Shown here in pieces: positions 7,901-13,900 of a DNA stretch of 34,346 bases. This DNA is from a virus (lineage: Duplodnaviria > Caudoviricetes). Each line of letters starts with the position of its first letter. The stretch's first letter is position 1. The stretch spans positions 1 to 34,346 of the IMG/VR virus record IMGVR_UViG_3300027769_000079. One strand, written 5' to 3'. Both the position numbers and the translations under genes were made by a program. The notes under the pieces are model-generated. The model was given only the letters and a program-made list of their open reading frames with translations. It made no database searches and was not told the origin of the DNA.

Positions 7901-10900
7901 GCAGCAGTAGATGCAGCCAACAACGGATATAGTTTTGGCGGGCAGATCATGCGTGGCATTAATTCATACGGAAAAGAAATGTCTAAGTCTGCTAAGGCTA
8001 GAATGAAAGAAGAAAACTTTAAAAGACAGTATAGAGAGTATCTAAAGTTTATCAATAACCCAAGATACGAAGATGATATAAGAATAAGAATGATCATGCT
8101 TGACGCAGCTGAATTATCTTATGAGCGTAATTTGCCAATTGATAAAGCTATAAATATTGCAACAAGTAACTTTGATTTAGCTAAAGCCCAATCTGGTGGA
8201 AACGATGAGAATTTTGTAAAAATAAGAATTAAGCAAGTGCAGGGGCTAGAAAGAGACGGCATGGTTCCCCGTGTTAAAGATGCAGAAAATTCTCCAAGAA
8301 GCGGTAGCAAAGCTTTAAATTATCAATTAAATGACGTTAGAGAAGCAATGCTAAAGAATAAAAAATTTGCTGGTGTGCATGATCTTATATCAGCAGTTGC
8401 TCCAACAACATTTTTAAATGACGACGGTTCTCCATCTATTAAAGGCTTGCACGATAAGGCACATTTTAGACGTAAAGATCTAGTTGGATATACAACTAGT
8501 GGGTACATGGGAGTTGCTGCTGTATTGCCTTCTGGTATAAATAATATCATGAGCATACTTGAGGGAATAGGTTTATCAAGAGATGTTTTAAATTTAAGTG
8601 CAGATGATGCAAGAGAAAACCTCGCAGTAGCATTAAAGAAAACAGGTTTAGACAAGCTTGCAAACGTAGATGACATATATACAGCTTTGCAAGATGATGG
8701 ATTATTTAAGAGTAAGGCTCAGATTGCATCTGGAAATGTGGTAAGGGCAAATAAGGATCAAAGAAAATCTTTAAGCATGCTTTTAGAAGCTGCAGCAAAA
8801 AGATCAAGGTGGGTATTTGCTGGAAGGCCTCCAAGACCAATGCTTGTAGCGGGAGCATACAATAAGGGCGGAATGATTCCAGGAGGATCAATATCTAGAA
8901 GTAGATCTAACTATGGAAACATATCACCACTATTAAAATTAATAGCACCAGATAAGCAGCTAAAGATCTTGCAACAAGCTCGTGAAATGTCAAAGGCTAC
9001 AGCAACTGGATCTTATAAGGACATGCCTCCTGTTAAATATGGACACATGGTTACCCCAAGCTCTGGAATGAGTTATCCGATACCTGGTGTTTCTGGCTTG
9101 TACAAAGATAGTGATGGTCGACTTAAGTTCTTTAAGGGTGTTCCAAATGAGATATCTGCCAGGGCTGAAGTGTATGGAACCAGAATGGCTAGAGAAGTAT
9201 TTGGTCTTGATGCTCCTGAGCAAACAATTAAAACAATAGCAAACCCATTAGACCCAACTGGAAAATCAAAGCTACTTGGTGTTGAATCCCCGTTTGATAA
9301 AAAGTTTACTACTGGTGGAACAGTCTTTTCAGAAGATGAAATGATTAGGCAAACAATTGCATCTTTAGTTATGAATAATAAAGATTTATCTCCAAGCAAT
9401 GTCTACGGAAATGTTTTAGCAGATGTCGGAGCAGCAGGAGTATTCTCTAAAGCCTCAGCTAACACAGCACACGCAGACTCTCTTCCTTCTATGATAGATC
9501 AAGCTATGATAAATCTACTTGGAGTTAAGGGCGGAGCTAGAAAAGACTTTGCAGTAAATACTGCTCCAATTGCTGCAGGAATGACAGCTAAGCAGTATAA
9601 CAGAAAAATAAAATCCGCAATGAAAAAAATGCATCCAAAACTTATTAAGTTTGTTGCAACGTTGCCAAGAGAAGACAGAGCTCCATATATCAAATTGCTA
9701 CAAAGATTTGAACAGGGCATGGATGATGCAACGGACTTCGGTCCGCTGCATGCAGTTCATGTTGCAGCTAAAAGAAATAGCGGAGGCCCAATTGGTGGAG
9801 GCCCAGTTAGATCAGGAAGATATGCCTATGGCGCTAAGAATAAAAAGGGTTCACAGAGGTCAGGAAACCCAGCTAAAAGAGCTCAGGATGAAAGATCCAG
9901 AGCGGCAAGAGCTGCCTCCTATAGCACTCCATCTGGTTCTGGCTATACAGCTTCAGATAATCCTCAGATGCAAGTGCAAAGAGCTCCTTATGTTGGTGGA
10001 TCTGGAATTTCTGGAAACGCATTTGGGGCAATTCAAAATCAACAATCTCAGCAGTATATTAACGCATTGCAAGTTTCTCAAATTGGTCAGCTTCCAGCAG
10101 GCATATCAAGAGCCTTTGATTCTTTAACTAAAACAATTGTATTAAAAACAACAGGGTTAAGATATGGAATTACAAGTTCTGTTCCTTATATTAATGAAGC
10201 TTACTCTTCTTTTACAAGAGGAATAATAAATTCTTCAAAACAGCAATCTGCAAAACTTTCTAACTATGTACAAACGCAGACAAGGGATTTAAAAGCAGGC
10301 ATATTAAGAGAGCAAGCAGTCAGAACAAATGCAGCATATCCAGGTATGAATATGCCAGTGTCTATGTTTGGTCCTGGAATGGTAGGAGAATGGCAAGATA
10401 TTGGACAAGATGGAATCAGAAGTCGTAAGGTAGGAGCACTCGGATATAGACAACGCGAGTACATGCTTCCTGACGGAACCATCCTTGATTCAAATGCTGC
10501 TAAAGCAAAAGGAATTTCAGCTCCTAGAGGAGGAATGGGAATAGGCGCCCAGATGGGCATCGGTATGGCTGGTAACATGGCTGGAATGTACTTGATGCAA
10601 CAACAAGAAATATTTGGAATGAAAGGGTCAAACGTAGGACTTGGCGTAATGGCTGCATCCAGCATAGCTCCAATGGTTCCTTATGCAAGAATGGGAAAGG
10701 CAGCCAAAGACGCTAAGAATTACGTAGCAGCGTTAATCGCAGCAGGTCTTACAGCTAAAGAAGTTATTTCTGCGCTTCTTGCCAAAGGATTAAGCATAGC
10801 AAAAATGTTGGGCTGGGTTGGTAAGGTCGTAGCTGTTGTAGCAAGTTTAGCTATGGCTTATAAGAATGTTAAGGATCGACAGCAAGATGCTGCCATAAGC

Positions 10901-13900
10901 CTTTCTACAACAGAAAAAGCTGCAGAACAAGCTGGATTTAAGTATGTAAGCCTAACGGACAAAATTCAAACATATTTAGATAAACAAAAATTAGCAGCAG
11001 AATCAGCAAAAACAGGATCAACAGCTTCATTTTCAATGCCTGGTATTCCTAGATCTGTAGAGGACATGAAGAAGGCTAAGAAAGAGGGCGAAGGTCTTAA
11101 AGATCTAATTGAATCTCTTAACCGAGCAGCCGTCGGAGAAGAAACTCAAATGATGATTAACAACCAAAAAGCACAAATGGTTGCAGCTGGAATGAGCATT
11201 GAAGAGGCAAACAGAAAAATTTACGGTGCTTTGGCAAATAGCAATAAAGCTCAACAAGCATACAAATATCTAGCAGATGTTCAATTTGGAGGAATTAAAG
11301 ACAAGGCTTCTGCCGCACAAGTTGCAGTTGGAAATTTAGTTTCAGTATTGGCTAACCCAAGCTCCACAGGACAAGAAATTTCATATGGGTTTGAGGGTCT
11401 TATTAATACATTTGATGCAGCAACATCTAGTCTTATAGGTACAAAAGATGCTATGGGAAATGTTATAGATGAGTATGAAGCTTATGGAATTGTTATGTCT
11501 TCTGCAGAATCCAAGTTTCCATCTTTTGGAAATGAGCCAATAGGTACAGAATCTTTTAGAGCGCTTTCAGAAGCTCAGCCCTTGCTAGCTGATATTTCAA
11601 ATAAATCTGATAGCATAAAAGGAATATTGGCAAAATGGAAACTATTTACTTCTGGAATAAATATAGATCTTAAAAATATTGACTCTACTTTAGCAATTAA
11701 GCTAGCTGGATTTACTCAGGCAATTGGAACAGGAATTTCTGAGCTAACCGCTGCTGCTGATAATGCAACTACATACGGAGCAACTGGAGCAGCACTAGCT
11801 AAATTACAAAAAGTAATTTCTGCAACTTCTGCTGCCTCACAAAGAGCAGCAGCTGCCTCTCAAAGAAGCGCACAAGAAGAGCTAAAATTAATTGCTAAAA
11901 AAATTAAGCTTATTGATGATGAAAAGAATAAAAAGTTAGAATCTTTAAGAGCAACTCAAGACGCATCTAATTACGCACTAGAGTTACAAAAACTTCAGAT
12001 ACAATATCAAGATGCCTTGTCTCGTGGAGATATGGCTGCTGCAAACAGAGCTCAACTAGAGATAGATCAGCTTACATCAAATAGACAATCTGAATTGGCT
12101 CAAAAAGCAATAGAAGATGCGGCAGCAAGAGCTAAGGCTCCACTAGAAGCAGATGCTTTAGCAATTTCTAATGCACAAGATCGAGCAGCAGCATCAGCTG
12201 CAGCAGGTCAAGATAATGCTGCGGTAGCAGGTGAGATTACTGCTACAATTCAAAAGCTACAAACAAGATATAATGATCTTACAACAATGGCACTCAATGC
12301 AAAAGTTCTTCCAGAAAAAGAAAGATTGGCTCAAGAGTCTGAGGTTAGAAGACAACTTATTATACTTGTTCAGGAAATGCAGAAAGCTGGTACTGGATCT
12401 AGCCTGCTTGCTAAAACAGTAAGAGATGCATTCCCAGGATACTTTGATGCAAATGGAAAACCATTAGCTCCAGTTTCAACATTTACTGGATCTCCAAGAG
12501 GATTTAACCCTGATGGCACACCAATTCTTTCAACAAACACTGTAACCAATAACAGCGCACTAACTCAATTTAATAAAGATATTGCAGCTGTAGAAAAACT
12601 AGCTTTAGGAATTACAGGCGGAATGACTATTAAGCAATTAGCTGCAGACATTGCTAAAAGCCTAGGTGTTAGTGATATTAGAGCTAAGAATCCTATTGGT
12701 TCAGGAACTTCAACTTCAACAAAAATTGCTGCAATAACTGCAAAAGATGGAAATGCAGCAGGATCTGCTGCTTTAAAATTGGGTTCTCAAACAAGACAAT
12801 TTACTTTACCAGATGATCCTTATAGAAAGTACTCAGTATTTACATATAACGGAAAGACATATGCTATAGATCCAATTAGCGGATCGATATTTAATTTTGA
12901 TTCTAGCAACAACATATTAGGATCTGTAGTTAAAGACAGAAAAAAAATGTATACTGGTGGAAAAGTTTCTGGTCCAGGAACTGCAACATCAGATTCAATT
13001 CCAGCAATGCTTTCAGATGGAGAATATGTATTTAGTGCAAAAGCTGTAGATGCCGCTGGAGGACCAGATGTTGTTGACAACTGGCACAAAGCACTTAGAA
13101 GAGCAGATGGTGGACCAGTCTACCCTTCATGGAAAAAGCCAAAGTCTGCATACAACTCTAAGAATCAACCTACTGGAAGTCCTTACGGAAGATACTGGGG
13201 AGAATTAGAAAGACTATATCAAAGCTCACCAATCGGTTTTGATAAAAATGGAAAGCCTATATTTAATAATGCTGGAAAAGATCCATGGGGCGGAGTAGAG
13301 ATACCAGGACTTCCATTTAGTGGCAAGGTGGGACAGTTCTCAGATTACTGGCATCAGCTAGCAGAGCAACTAAGAAAGTCTAGCGGTCCTGGAATGGGCA
13401 TCGATAAGTCTACGCCACCACTAGTTGGATCGGGTGCATCTGCTTGGACTGGAGGCTTACTAGGAGGCGGCGGAGGCGGCATGCTTGGATATGCAGATGG
13501 AGGCCTGGTTAAGGGACAATCCGCATGGTCTAAGGTTATGCACACTGCAATGAAGGCGATAGACCCATTTAAATTTGGTAAACATAGTTTAGGATATAAT
13601 TTCTTAGGCGGAAAAGAAATTGCAAATGTATTTTCTGGAACTGGGAAAAAGTCAGACTACCTATCTGCAGCTCTAGCACCACTTGGAGGATTTGGAAGAG
13701 GGGCAGCAAAAGCACCAGGTGCTATATCAAAACTTACATCTGAGATGAAATCTTTCCATATGTCAGATATTGATTCTAAGGCCATGAATGCTTTATCAAA
13801 TATGGATCTATCCTCAATTAGAATTCCAGAAACAGGTATTAGCTTTAGTCCAGCATCAGCTAAAGCTGGTTTAGAAGCATTAAAAGAAGGGGTTACATCA

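Noticed and set aside
13463-13480. GC-rich GGAGGCGGCGGAGGCGGC tract
   Set aside because: It simply encodes a poly-Gly linker before YADGG; no evidence for a phase-variable or regulatory role.
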